Assembly: GCA_000708835.1 (NCBI GenBank)
Contig: DF237503.1
Coordinates: 1 to 58,641, forward strand
Reading direction: 5' to 3'
DNA from: Klebsormidium nitens
Taxonomy: Eukaryota; Plantae; Klebsormidiophyceae
DNA: 58,641 bases
Shown: positions 12,901 through 24,800 of the stretch, piece by piece
Layout of the letters: each line of letters begins with the position of its first letter
Numbering within the stretch: position 1 is the first letter of the stretch
Program-made: the position numbers and the translations under genes
Notes under the pieces: model-generated
The model's input: only the letters and a program-made list of their open reading frames with translations
What the model was told of the DNA's origin: nothing
The model's database searches: none

Positions 12901-15900
12901 CCGGTCTGCGAAGTCCGATCGGCGGGTTGAAGAGACGGACCCCTTTCCCAGCATGGCCGAGGAAGACATTCGGCAAGGGTTTGAGACGCTACTCGGAAGC
13001 GTAGACCGGGGATGTGAACCGGCCGTGGAGCAGCTAGGATTTCGAGGGTTCTCCAAGCAGTCCCCGACAAGACCGCAAAGTACCGGAAGCCGCAGCGCGC
13101 CCGCGCGCACACGCGCGCTCTCAGACTGCGCGAATGACGACACCGGAAGCGAAGAGGAAGACCCCGTCTGGGAGCCTGGAGGGAAAGGCTCAGGCCGGAA
13201 CGGGAAGGGAAGTCGCGGCACCAGGATCCGGAACGGTTTGGGGCTGAGCGGAACAGCGGATCGGCCGTCGTCTGGACCACAAAGCGGCCGGCCGAACGTC
13301 AGGCCCGAGCGTCAAGAGCAGCAAACGAAGAAGCAGGATGCGATGGCGGCTGAAAAGGCGGGCAGGCTTCTTCAAGACCTGCTAGGGAGATGGGAGAGCG
13401 TGTCGGTTGAATCCGCCCGGCGCGCCTCCGAGCAGCTGAACAGGTGGACCCCCGGTGAAAGCGCGTTGCGGAGTCGGTGCGTGGATGTACGGGCGTGGTA
13501 CAGGGCCAAGTTTGAGAAGATGCTCCAAAAAGGGCGGCGTTTTGTTCGGTACCAGGGCCCAAACAAATTGGAGTACACGTGGCAGCGCTGGGAGCGGCGA
13601 CACGTGTCCGTCGAAGAATGGCCACCGGAGAAAAGCACGGAGCAACGAGAGGGGGACAAAGAAAACGAGAGCGGAACGGTGGGGCCATTGTTTGGAACCG
13701 TTGCTAAAGTCACGCAGGGGAAGGCTCGCGCAGCGCAAAAGCGCGTGCAACGCGCGCGCGATCTCCAGCTCCATCTCCCCAAATCTGAGACGACTCCCAC
13801 GCGAGATTCTTCTCTGGGTGCCCCTCCTCCCTCCGAGAGCGTCAAAGGACCGAACAATAGCCGCTTTCTTTCTACCGACCGACTCCCAGTTGCTGGACTA
13901 CCGGGGCCCCTCTCGGATCCGCGCCGGCGGGTTGCACAGCCCGCGATGCTACCCGGTACCCAGCCTCCGGTTGCAAAGCTGGCAGCTGCCTCAACCCCTG
14001 AACTCCTGAATCCTCTCCCGCTTCATAGTAAATCCGGGGAGTCTGAGAAAGAACCTTCAAACGAGACTGGCATCCATCGAGTAGAGGGTGGCTTCCTAAT
14101 CCGGGTGGAGCCATGCCTGTTCCGGTCGGAAGCGGAAGTCGGGGTAGGGGCGGAAGCGGAAGCTGAAGGAGAAGATGGAGCAATGGAGACTTCGGAACCG
14201 AGACCTGCAGAGCAATTGAAAGCCCAAGTGGAAGTGCGAGCGGGTGCTTCCTTGAGAACAGAGGTGGATTCGCCGACGGAAGCTCCGGCGCCTTCTGAGA
14301 GGCCCTCTCCGGCTCAAGCAACGGGTGACCATCGGTCATACACTTCAGAAAGGTGAGAAAGGATGTGGGGTGTGATTTGAAGTTTTTCGTGAGCCACATG
14401 CAATTTGAGAACGTAGAATCAACCCAGCCTTGCAGCCTTCCTGGTCTGTTGAGGTTTGTTGTCCTTTTAGGATCTCATTATCGGAAGATTAAATATATCA
14501 TTCATCGCTAGAAAGCGGAAGTTTGATGTGTTACTTCGATTGACTTCCTCTCTATGGCAGATATAGGACTGAAAAGTCCATGTTGTGGAATCTTTGGCGC
14601 CGGTGGCCAGAAGGGACTCGCTTAGATTCTACTAAGACAGAATCTTTCAAGACAGAAAGACGTCAGCTGCAGTTTCTGAACTGACTTCTGTACCCTTTCG
14701 CACTTTCCGTTGCAATCCAGGCCACTCTTTTCTAACAAGCACAGTCTTTCATGCAGGTGTGAACAAGACCCGGATGCGACCGAAGCCGACTTCGTCAGCT
14801 GCCTGGAGCCGTCCGAGGCCGTCGAGTCCGCGCGCGCGTTGCTTGACACGTGGACGCCGGACGCGCTGGACGAGGCACGTGGGTTGTCCTACATGGTGAA
14901 CGGTTGGCTGCCGGACGAGGACAAGCTGAGCCCGGGGGAGGTTCCCAATGGTTCCGGACGAAGCTGGAGCGACTGGTGGAAGCGGGGGAAAGGTGCTTCA
15001 AAATCGACGGTGGGGAGGGTTTGAAATTCGTTGCCTGGGCAGTTGGAGAAGCTGTGCAAAGCGCAGATGAGGGGGAAGTAAGGTGCCAAGGGCGGGGAGC
15101 GCGAGATGCGGAAGTTTTGAGCGAGTTTGAATGTGAGGGAACCGAGGCTGTTGAAGAAGTAAGAAGTATGTGGAAGATTACTGGGGCCGTCGACTTCGAG
15201 CCAAGCGTCGAACCGACGGTAACATCAAGAACTCTCGAGCCCCCCTGCGAACTGAGCCGAAGAGAAGCGGACAGAAAAGCGGAAGCAGGAAAGGGGCCGG
15301 AAGCGGAACGGGGTGTGGAAGTGGACGGCAGAGGGGAAAAGGAACAGGAAGTGTTTGCCACAAGGGAGCAGCCTTGTAGATTCAGCTGAAAGTCCTGATA
15401 CGCATTCCAAGCGCATGAAGAGAGCCAAACCGATGGAGGTTGTGCGTGTTAGCGAGAGGGTGGAGATGCTCAGGAAAATCGAAGACGTTCCGCTTGCTAA
15501 GTGGTTCGGCTTCAGGAAGGCCGGAGAGTCTGTGACTGAAGCAGATTGGGGTGCGGCTGAAGGGTTGGAGGCCTTGGATGCGGGCAAAGGTGGGGACGGA
15601 GAGATGATCCCAACGGATGCGGCTTGGCTTCAAGAAAGTGCCGCGCGAGCGGAGTACGCACCGGAACACGTTCCGGCGGAAAAGCAGAGTCCGGTCGGTG
15701 ACGTGGCAGGGGCGGACCGTGACGGCTTTCGCAAGCGTCTCCTGCGCAACGTCTGCGCGCTCGCCAACGAACGCCGCGAGCGGAAGGCGGAAGCGCTGAG
15801 CAGAATGCAGTTCCGGCCCCGGAATCCGGTCTTCGCGGGAGCCTTCAACGCGCACCACGCGGCCGCGCTGCTCGAGGCGGTGGAACGCGCTGTGCTTCCG

Positions 15901-18900
15901 GACCTGTTGCGGAACGCTGCAATGGGCCGATTTGAGGTGGGGCGGAACGCGAGACGGAGGATGCCGGAGGGATGGTGCGAAGCAGTGGTCGGTGAGGCTC
16001 GGTACCGGGGCGCGTCTAGGCAGCCAGCTGCAGCGAACAACGAAGGTGAGGTATCAGTCGTGATCTCAAAAATTATTTCCTCTCAGAACGCTCTAGACAT
16101 CTTGATTTGGGCACACCGCCTCAATCTGTAACTTCAACGTCTTTTTATTTCTAACTAGAAGACCGATGGGATTCAAATGCCGAGTCGAAGGTGACGAGCC
16201 GCGTGAATTCATGCTGTAAGCCGAGCGCTGAGACTTCTTTGACTCGACCAAAAGACGGAACCCGTTTTTTTATGTTTTGTGAAGGATCATCAAGAGGTTG
16301 CGAGCCGCATGTCCTCACGCGTTTTTTGCGATTCATGCTTAGGTTAAGCAGAAACTTAAGTCGGCGAGTATCCGCACGTTTCACCTCCAGCATATAGGAC
16401 CTTTCGGACCTGTATTGGCGGTGCCAACATCAAAATGTAGAATCTAGCCTCCCTTTGTAACTCAATTCCATTTGCGCTTTCAGAGCGCCCGAATGGGCCC
16501 ACACTCACAGGGCCGGAGAAAGTGAAGGTCCGGAACTTCGTCGCGGAGCTGACGCAGGAGGTTGTTGCGATGCTTCAAATCATGCGAGAGGTAAGCATCA
16601 CCCACTGGAAGGCCCTGAACTTTTTATCTCCGCCAAAGCTTGTGGATGGGACATAAATGAGCAATAGAAGCCCTCCTCCCGTCTCTCTTTTTTTGATGAA
16701 GGTTTCATGGATGTAAAAGATACTGCAAAAAACAGCATTCTTCAACGTGAAGTGAGAGTGGGAAATCCAAATTGCAGACTCAACAACAATTCAATGTCAT
16801 CGTTCTACCTCTCCACAATCTTTAGAGCATATCTAAAACATCAAAAGAAAATTTTAGATCCTCAATCCAGGACTTCCCGTTTCAACTAATCATGGAAGTT
16901 TATTACGACAATAGGAAATAAATTCGAATATCTGACTTTCCACAGGAAGAAGCATCCCTCTTGGGATCTATATCGATGCTGGGACTCGAAGACGGAGGCC
17001 CGCTTTCAGCAACACCGGACGAGAGAGCGCGCGCGGCTAGCAACGATGCACATCCAGGAAGACAGTCCGAAGATCAACCTTCCAAACTACAGAAGGAGGC
17101 GCGAGGTAGACGCCGGTCGGGAGAGGACGTCCGAAACGAAAGTGCGTCTGGGTTTTGTCATAGACATACCCAAACCAAGGAAGAGGGCAAAGCACAGAAA
17201 CAACGCCCAAACCCCCGGATACGAGTCCCCCATCAAATTCAAATTTGTCCGCTATTACCGGCCCCTTCTGAACAGGTCCCATCCCAAGCTGCTCCGCCGA
17301 ATGGCGACGGAACGACTTTCAGGCCCGGCCTTTCTAGCGGAAACGGAACGAGAAGCGAGGGGGCTGGGGAGCTGTACAGGGCCGCCTGTGCGATCTTAGC
17401 GAGTGCACGGGTTCCGGACGATTCCGGAAGGGTAGACCTGACCCGCCTGCAAAGCGCGGTGCGCCCGGTGTTCCGCTCCAGCGTACGCTGGTTCAGAAGC
17501 GCCCTCGAAGACCTCAGAGGGTACTCCGCCGGATCAAACCCTGCGGCAGGCGGTGCGCGCCTCGGAGTTTACGCTGCTGGGCCAAACCCTCCGGCGGGCG
17601 TCCTCGCGGCCGCGCCTGTGCGTTTTGAAGATCCCTCCACTGGGCCAAACCCTCCGACTGGCGGCCCCGCCGCCGCGCCTCCGCGCGACTGGGAGGGAGA
17701 GTTCGAAGCCGCGCCGAACGTGCCGAACCTTCTGGGCCTGCTAGCCTGCTTCGACCGATCGTATGCCGCGCTCCTGGGCGCGCGTGCGGTTGCCGTCAAC
17801 CGGGCGGTCGCGCGCTCCCTGGAGAGATGGAAGACGCGCAGCAGGGACGAGCCGAACGGGGAGGAGCGCCCCGTGAAGAAAGGGCGGGGCCCGAACGGAG
17901 AAGCGGGCGACGTGCGTCAGGAGACGGGTGGCGTGGTCAGGGAGCTGCCGGAGGGTGTCCGGTTTGTTGCCGCGGGCGTCCGAAAAGCTGCGCGGCCGTG
18001 TGTTCGCTCTGAGCGTGCGCGAGCATTACCGCGAGACGAGAACCTTGGTGAGGCAAGTACTTCGGGGAGTTCTGCGGACGCAAATGGAGCTCAAGACAGA
18101 ATAGTGACAAACGAAGAGAGACGGGGTGTTTTGGACGAGAGCCTGTCAAGAAAGAGGGCGAAGCATGGAATCCCCAGCCAAACTTCCGGTGTCGCGTTTC
18201 GCTCTGGAAGCCGCACTCGTCCGCTTGCGCCAGCTTCCTCTGAACAGGTCTCCTTGCAAGCCGCTCGTCCTGATAACGTCCAATTCATTTGCGGACGTGG
18301 TAATCCTGGAGGGAGCGGAGAAAGAAGCGGGGGGGCGGGGGAACTGTCGAGGGCCGCCTTTAGGATCTTAGTGGGCGCACGCATTCCGGCGGGTTCGGGC
18401 GGAATCGGAAACGACTTGGCCCGCCTGCAAAGCACAATGCGCCCGGTGTTCCGCTCCAGCGTGCGCTGGTTCAACGCCGCCCAGGAAGACCTCAGAGACT
18501 ATTCCGCCAGCCCAAACCCTTTACCTGGCGGCCCCGCGGCCGCGATGGCGCGCGACTGGGAGGCCGACTTCGAAGCTGCGTCGAACGTGCCGAACCTCTT
18601 GGGCCTGCTCGACGACTTCGACCGGTCGTACGCCGCGCTCCTGAGCGCGCGCGCGGTTGCCGTCAACCGGGCGGTCGCGAGTTCTATGGAGAGGTGGACG
18701 ACGCGCAGCAGGGAAGAGCCAACCGGGGAGGAGCGCCCGGGGAAAAGAGTGCGCGCGCGCGGCCCAGACGGAGAAGCGGGCGAATTGCCTCAGGAGACGG
18801 GTGGCGTGACCGGGGAGCTGCCGGGGGATGCCCGGTTCGCTGCCCCGGTCGCTGCGGAAGCTGGGCGGCCATTTGTGCGCTTCGATCGTTCGCGCGCCGT

Positions 18901-19729
18901 TTCGGGCGCAAGGTCAACCGAGCGCATCAGTGAGGCAGATGTTCTGGGGGCTTTGTTCCGCCCAAGCTCCGGGTCCGCTCCGCTGGGTGCGAGCGGAGCT
19001 CCAAGCCAACACGGGTTTAACCGAGAGCGGCGGGATGCGGGGCTGAAGTTGGATCTGAGACGCGACAAACCAGCCGAGCATTTTCAAGTCGAGGCGGCAA
19101 AGCCGTGCTGGGTTTCCGCTCTGAATCCGGGGGGCATGAGGAGTCATGCGTACGGCGGTGAGGTGGAGCAAGATCGGCGTCCGTCTACGTCATGGCGCGA
19201 CCCTTCGTTCCTCAATACTTTGAGCCCTCCGACACTTGAAGTACCGAACTCCTGCGCGAGGACCGAAGTAGTGCCAGGGGTTTCACGAAACGTTCTCGCA
19301 ACCGTACCCCTTCCCGGAGTTACGCACCCCGTCGAGTACCCCCCAGTCAGATTTGGCAGCACCCCAGGTCCCTTTAGAGCGCCCTTAATAGCATCAGATT
19401 ACGCCAATGAGCAGCGGGGGGGGGGAGCGGCCAAACATGAAAACGCAAAAGCTGGACGAGCCCTGAAGCCTGCGGAACATGGAGCGGAAATTGAGAACAG
19501 GGCAAGCTGCAACCAAAGCGCGGTGTTCAAGACCAGGTATCTCCAGACACCGCGCGCGCCCGCGCGCGCCTGGTTGCACAGCGGCGTCGCGCAGCGCGAG
19601 GGGGCCGAGCTGGCGGCCGCGCCGCAGCTGGCGATGGAGCCCCTCGGGGCCGCGCGCGCGTCCGAGCCGCGGGGCTGGACTGCGAGCGCCCTCGAGCGGA
19701 CGGAGCGGCTCGTTTCTGCGCGCGGATAG
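9959..19729 (+). CDS. Large Agenet/Tudor-like domain protein with long low-complexity regions and a duplicated C-terminal domain
   Basis: Exons 9959-10060 (FQAGEVVEYRSFRKGLRGSWFRSK), 10466-10538, 11121-11301, 11787-11874 (YAVGDAVDAFVNICWWEV), 12380-12524 (PPEGEG..DLRPTLVWENDTW), ~12861-14352, 14757-(unclear ~14992-15385)-16047, ~16484-16590, ~16946-19729. The N-terminal motifs match plant tandem Agenet domains. One internal junction is unresolved, so this could be two genes. Confidence 0.7.
17260..18890 (+). repeat. Intragenic in-frame direct duplication (~17260-18015 and ~18221-18890)
   Basis: GELYRAACAILASARVP..RLQSAVRPVFRSSVRWF..RDWEGEFEAAPNVPNLLGLLACFDRSYAALL versus GELSRAAFRILVGARIP..RLQSTMRPVFRSSVRWF..RDWEADFEAASNVPNLLGLLDDFDRSYAALL. 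Confidence 0.92.
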
Positions 19730-21894
19730 GATGCGGCCGGCAAGGATTTTGCAGAGAGTGAGCCCGGTGAGCATTTTATGCCTTTGCTAGTTGAAGGTCT
19801 TTCCCGAGTATGCTTTTTAGATTTCTACAAAATCACTCAGTTACTCCAAGGATCTTGGGTTAGTTGCAGTGCCGATGACTTATCAAAGTTGCACGAGACG
19901 TGGCCCGTTGGTAGGGCAGTTGATGTGGACGGAACGGTCACAAACCCTCTCTAGATAGAAGTAGGATTGCCATCCCCGCAATCTTGTTGCTTGGACAGTT
20001 CTTCCGCCAACCAATCACCTTCACGCCGAACTTTATGCTCAGGTGGAGTCCAGAAGGGTCGTTTACCTGCTACAGGAGTCCCTTTACCAACAGTGTCTTC
20101 CGACTGTAAGAACAACCCGGTTCTGGCCCTGAAGATGCTCCCTCGTCGTTTTCATAGTTCGAGAGGTTGCCTGTCGTGCTCGGAAGCAAAGTCTCAAATG
20201 ACCTGTGAAAATCAACCGATGGAAATGAGGCATTTTTATTGGTATGATACGAACCGCTGATCCCATGTCCTTTGAATCCTTGCAGGAGCTGTTGGAGAAG
20301 GGAACGTGCGCATCAGTTTCCTTGGAGAGGGAGATTCGCTCTTCACACTGGGCCCAGGAGGTCGCGTGCAGGTTATCTAGAGACATCAGCAGGCGGGAAA
20401 CAATCTAGAATTTCTGGCTTCGCAGTTGTGCTGGGGTCTCAAGCTTGTGTTCCTAAGTGAAAGCAGTTGACAGGATTCTGGTCAGAGCGAACATACTTGC
20501 TCGCTTTGCAGATTGACGATCCTGCCGCAACAGTCAGTTTCGATCCGGATACAAATAAGGGATGTACAACAAGTCTTGCCAGCCAAAGTTTCGTCTGCAG
20601 ACCACTACATCCTTTTTGCCATACTGCCTGCTTGATTGCTCATGCTCTTTGTATTAGTAACGGTTACTCTGACCCTTATTCCATTGTTACATTTATTTAG
20701 CGAGTACTGGAACCCCAGCTCACAGCAATTAAAGCACCAAGTGCGGAGAACCCGTCGCGAGTCGTGTTCGAGGCCAGCTTTCTGATTCAAAAAATCTTCT
20801 TGTTCACAGGTACCAAGAGTGTAGTGATGAGCAGAAGTTCTCAGGATTCGCCCAGAAGCATCAAATCCTCTATAACTCAAGCAACGTTGCGGACATCAGT
20901 GACCCACAAGCCGAAAGAAAGCTCGTTCAAGGCGCCTCCTTGCAAATACATGGCAAGTCGATTCTCTGTGACTGAAGCGACAGCTTGCATCTGATCTGCT
21001 GGCTGAAGCATCACAAGAAGGACTCAACCGGCCCTCCTTCAGCTTCACCCTGATGTCATGCAGACGCGCTATACGACGGTACTAGCTGATGCATGTTAGG
21101 CCTATGTAGTGACTTGCATAATCCCTTTCTGATCGCGAGACGTCCCCACATATGCACATGTCGTGTACAAAAGCTGTCGCTTAATGGTGTTGAAAGTCGC
21201 TCGGCCGAAGCAACGCACCTTCTGTCAACAAACTTTAAAGCTGGCTGTTGCGTCGCTAAGTTGACCAGCTTGGGTGTCTATATGCGATCAAGTAGATACG
21301 CAACCACATTGTGACAAACAGAAAGAAACAAAATCGTATATCCCTCTGATGCCAGGGTTTCATGAATATGCCTTCATTGTATGCAACGCTTGTAAGCACA
21401 AACAATGGGCAGCTAAATAAAAGAATACAATTCTAAGGCGCGGGTCCGCACCGTGGCTTTGTCTGCAATGAGCAAAGACTGTTCATAGGGCGGCATCTTC
21501 ACTATGGTGGTGACTTACGTTGGGCGTGCAGCGTCTCCTTAATGATCCCAGATTTCAACATGCACCGATGCAACTTGACAACTTCGTGGTGGTTAAGCAT
21601 GGGAGTGAGCCTAGCCGTACGTCCAGCGGCAAGGTGCCACAAGTGCCCTTAAGCAATTAAGCTGCAACTTGTATTGCCAGATCGGTATTTCAGAATGCTT
21701 TCTCTGCTTGATGACCATTCTATCTCACAAATTCTTTGCAGTGCCGTGCATGCAAAGCGAGGTGTCGTAAGCCGAGACACCCGCGTAGTAGCTCTACCTG
21801 TGACCGGGTAAAGAGCTATTTTACAGATATTCTTAGAAGACCTTTTCCATCGGAACTATGGAAGGACAAAGAGCAGAATCGACTTGTGTCAGCT

Positions 21895-24800
21895 TTATCG
21901 TCTGCTTTGACTGGAGAGCCGACCAACGAACACCGGATCTTCCATCCCGCCGTTGCTCAGCCGTTCCGACGAGTTCCGGCTCCCTCTCCACCCCTGTATT
22001 CCGTCCGCCTGGATTCCGTTTGTACTACTGGACAGAACCGACTTCGCCCGTCCCGCACTACTTCCCGGCCTCAACCCCGCTGCTTGTTTTCCCCAACTAG
22101 AGGTGGGTCGCCCGGCCCCCGTCCCCGGCCTGGCGGAAGCAGTGCCCGGGCGCCCGGGGGATCCCCCTGGCCGCTTCTTTCCCGTCCCGGGCCGCGTGGT
22201 GCCGTTCTCCATTTCGACCCCGTTTCCGCTGAGCCTCGCTTCCGCTTCCGGCTCCGGTCGAGGCGGAAACGACGGCGGCCGGTCGCCCTCCTCTCGACAA
22301 AAAGGACACGTGGCGTGCTCTAGCAGCGCCATCTCCCACTCCTCCTCCTCGAACAGCTGGTTGCACGAACCGCAGATTGCGACCGGTACGTCCGGGTCGA
22401 CCATGCACAGGTACCGGACCGGTAGGACGTCCGTAGGCCACTCCAAGATCAGAACGTCCGCGCGCCGCATTGCGCGCAGCATCGCACGGTCCGCACGCAC
22501 CACGCCGCCCCCCTCTAGTTGCCGCCGCATCAGCTCCCCGGCCGTCGCGCCCAGAGACGCCTTACCGCTCGGAATGCCGTTACCGCTGATGGACGGCGGT
22601 TCGTCGTCGTCGAGGCGCAGGGTTTGGACGTCCCCCGGGTGGCGCTGCTGGCGGCCGCGCATATGCGGCTCCTCGGCGCCGTCGAAAAGGCCCTCTTCCT
22701 CCAGCAGTTGCACCGCCTCAGAGTGCGAGACGCCCTCTTCCGGCGCGAACTCGAGCAGCGGCAGGGCCTCGAACGTGACGAACGAGCGGAAGACCGCGTG
22801 GCCGCACCCGGCGCACTGCTCGAACTGCGCGGAGAAGAGCGGGAGCGGCGCGCCGCAGCGCGCGCACGGGCTCAGCAGGTGCTCCGAGTCGCGCGGCGGC
22901 TGCCGCCGCAGCGCGAGCGCCGCCAGGTCCACCTCGTCCTGCCACGTGGCGCTCGGAAGGCGCATCCCTTGGAGCCGCTCCGCCGCGAAGCTCGCCAGCT
23001 TGAACGCCCCGAGCGCCTCCCCCTGCTTCACGACCGTTTGCAAAACGTAGACGAGCGATACCCCGGGGGGAATGTCTTTTGCCCGGGACAGAACGAAAAG
23101 CGCCGCATGCAGAAGCGCATCGGGTCCGACCGTCCGGAACGGCTGGTCCGTACTGTGGTGGATCGCGTGGTACGCGTAGTACGCCTCGGCCGCGCGCCGG
23201 GCCGCCCAGAAAGCCGCGAGCTCGCGGGCGCGCGCTGCGCGCTCGCAGGCGAAGTGCGCGGCCTCGAGGCGCTCCGCCGCGGCCGCGTGCAGGAACTGCG
23301 CGGCGTCTTTGAAGCGCCGCTCCGTCACCGCGTTCTCCGCCAACTGCGCAAGCATCCGTAGGCTTTGCTCCGGGAGCCCCGCGGCTTTGTACGCCGCGCG
23401 CGCGTCCTCAAAGCGGTCCGCAGCCGCGAACGCCCGAGCGCGCGCGCCGTGCACCTGCGCCCGCCGCTCCGGCGCGCGCGCGAGCAGCCCGACGGCCTCG
23501 TCCCACTGCTCTTGCTCCAAGTGTAGCCCGATCGCCGCGTCAAAGTCGCCCAGCTTCAGGTTCGCTTCGATCGCGGCTGTCTTCTGCCCAGCGCGTGCAA
23601 GCGCGGCCGCGCACGCGGCGAGCGCCTTCCGGTCGGATTCTGACGCGGAAAGGCCGCGCATGACGTCAATGAGGCGGTCGGTGTATTTGTGGCGCGCGAG
23701 GATGGCGATTGCAGTCTCGGGCTGGCCCGCCTGGAGGTACATCTCGGCGGCCGCGCGGAAGTCGCTGACCTGGAAGCGGGCTCACGGAGGGTTACATTTC
23801 GGAGCAAAGCTGGATAAATTGTGGGTTGACGCAAGGGTATAAGAAGCAAATGGTCAGACTGGCATTAACAGGAAGAGATTGGGGACAACACGGGCTTTAG
23901 GAACAAAATTTTCAAGAACAGGAGCCCGGTCAAAGGACGATGAAAGAGAACGCTCCTTTTGGGAATCAGATTCAGGTGATTGCGGACCTTGTTCGCTTAA
24001 AATCGGTTTGTTAGGAAAGAAGCGGAAAAGTCCAAGTCCTCAATGTGCACATTCACCAACTCCGTAGTACTGGCACTTTTGGACTGTGTCCAGGATTAGG
24101 CACTTGTCCTCCACCAGATTCAGCCAAAAGATTGACAAAAGAGGATCCGTTTGGTAGGCTTCGATGTTCGTATCTAGAGCTTTCGAGGGAAGTCTGCTTC
24201 GAATCACCCTCTCGCAAAGGACTCCAGAATCAATGCAGCCAACCCTGAAAATGGTGTCTTCACATCTCGGAAGATCGTTCGGTTTGGCTCCCTCTTTCCT
24301 GCCAACGGAAAATGGTGTAGAGTTGCTGACAGTCGCCCAGCTTGGATCCAACAAAACAATGTGCTTATATCAGCCACTTGTTTGCGGACGCAATCATCCG
24401 ACAGCCCACCTCCTCGCTCCAAGCGGCCTGCGCCGCGATCAGCTCCGCGACCTTCGTGTTGGAGGCCCCGTCCGTCCGGGGAACGCCGTTCGCGACCACG
24501 GAAGTTGGGCTGAGATCCGACGCCCCGCCCAGTTCCGAGGCCCACTGCTTCGCAAGCTCGAATTGCCGCAGGTCCGTGAAAAGCGCGACCGCGCGCTCGG
24601 GCGCACCTGCGCGCGCGAATGCGCGCGCGGCTTCCACGAACTTGCCCTGAAACGGCAGAATCGTGTTGCTTAGACACGGAATGAGCGGGTTCTACAACTG
24701 ATTTAGGCAAGGCAAGCGCGGATGGCTGGAGCATCGCCGATCTGAAGAACGCGCGCCGGGCTTCTCTAGCTTTTCGTAGAGGGGTTGGGAACAGGGCGAA

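Noticed and set aside
12625-19790. Many overlapping ORFs in other frames and strands across the large Agenet-gene exons
   Set aside because: Expected from high GC and few stops; Arg/Pro/Ser-rich translations with no motifs.
19967-20994. Several 60-100 aa ORFs downstream of the Agenet gene
   Set aside because: No consistent splice chain or homology; treated as UTR or intergenic.
21953-23361. Long + strand ORFs (365 aa and 280 aa)
   Set aside because: Antisense shadows of the GC-rich last IFT122 exon; no recognisable domain.
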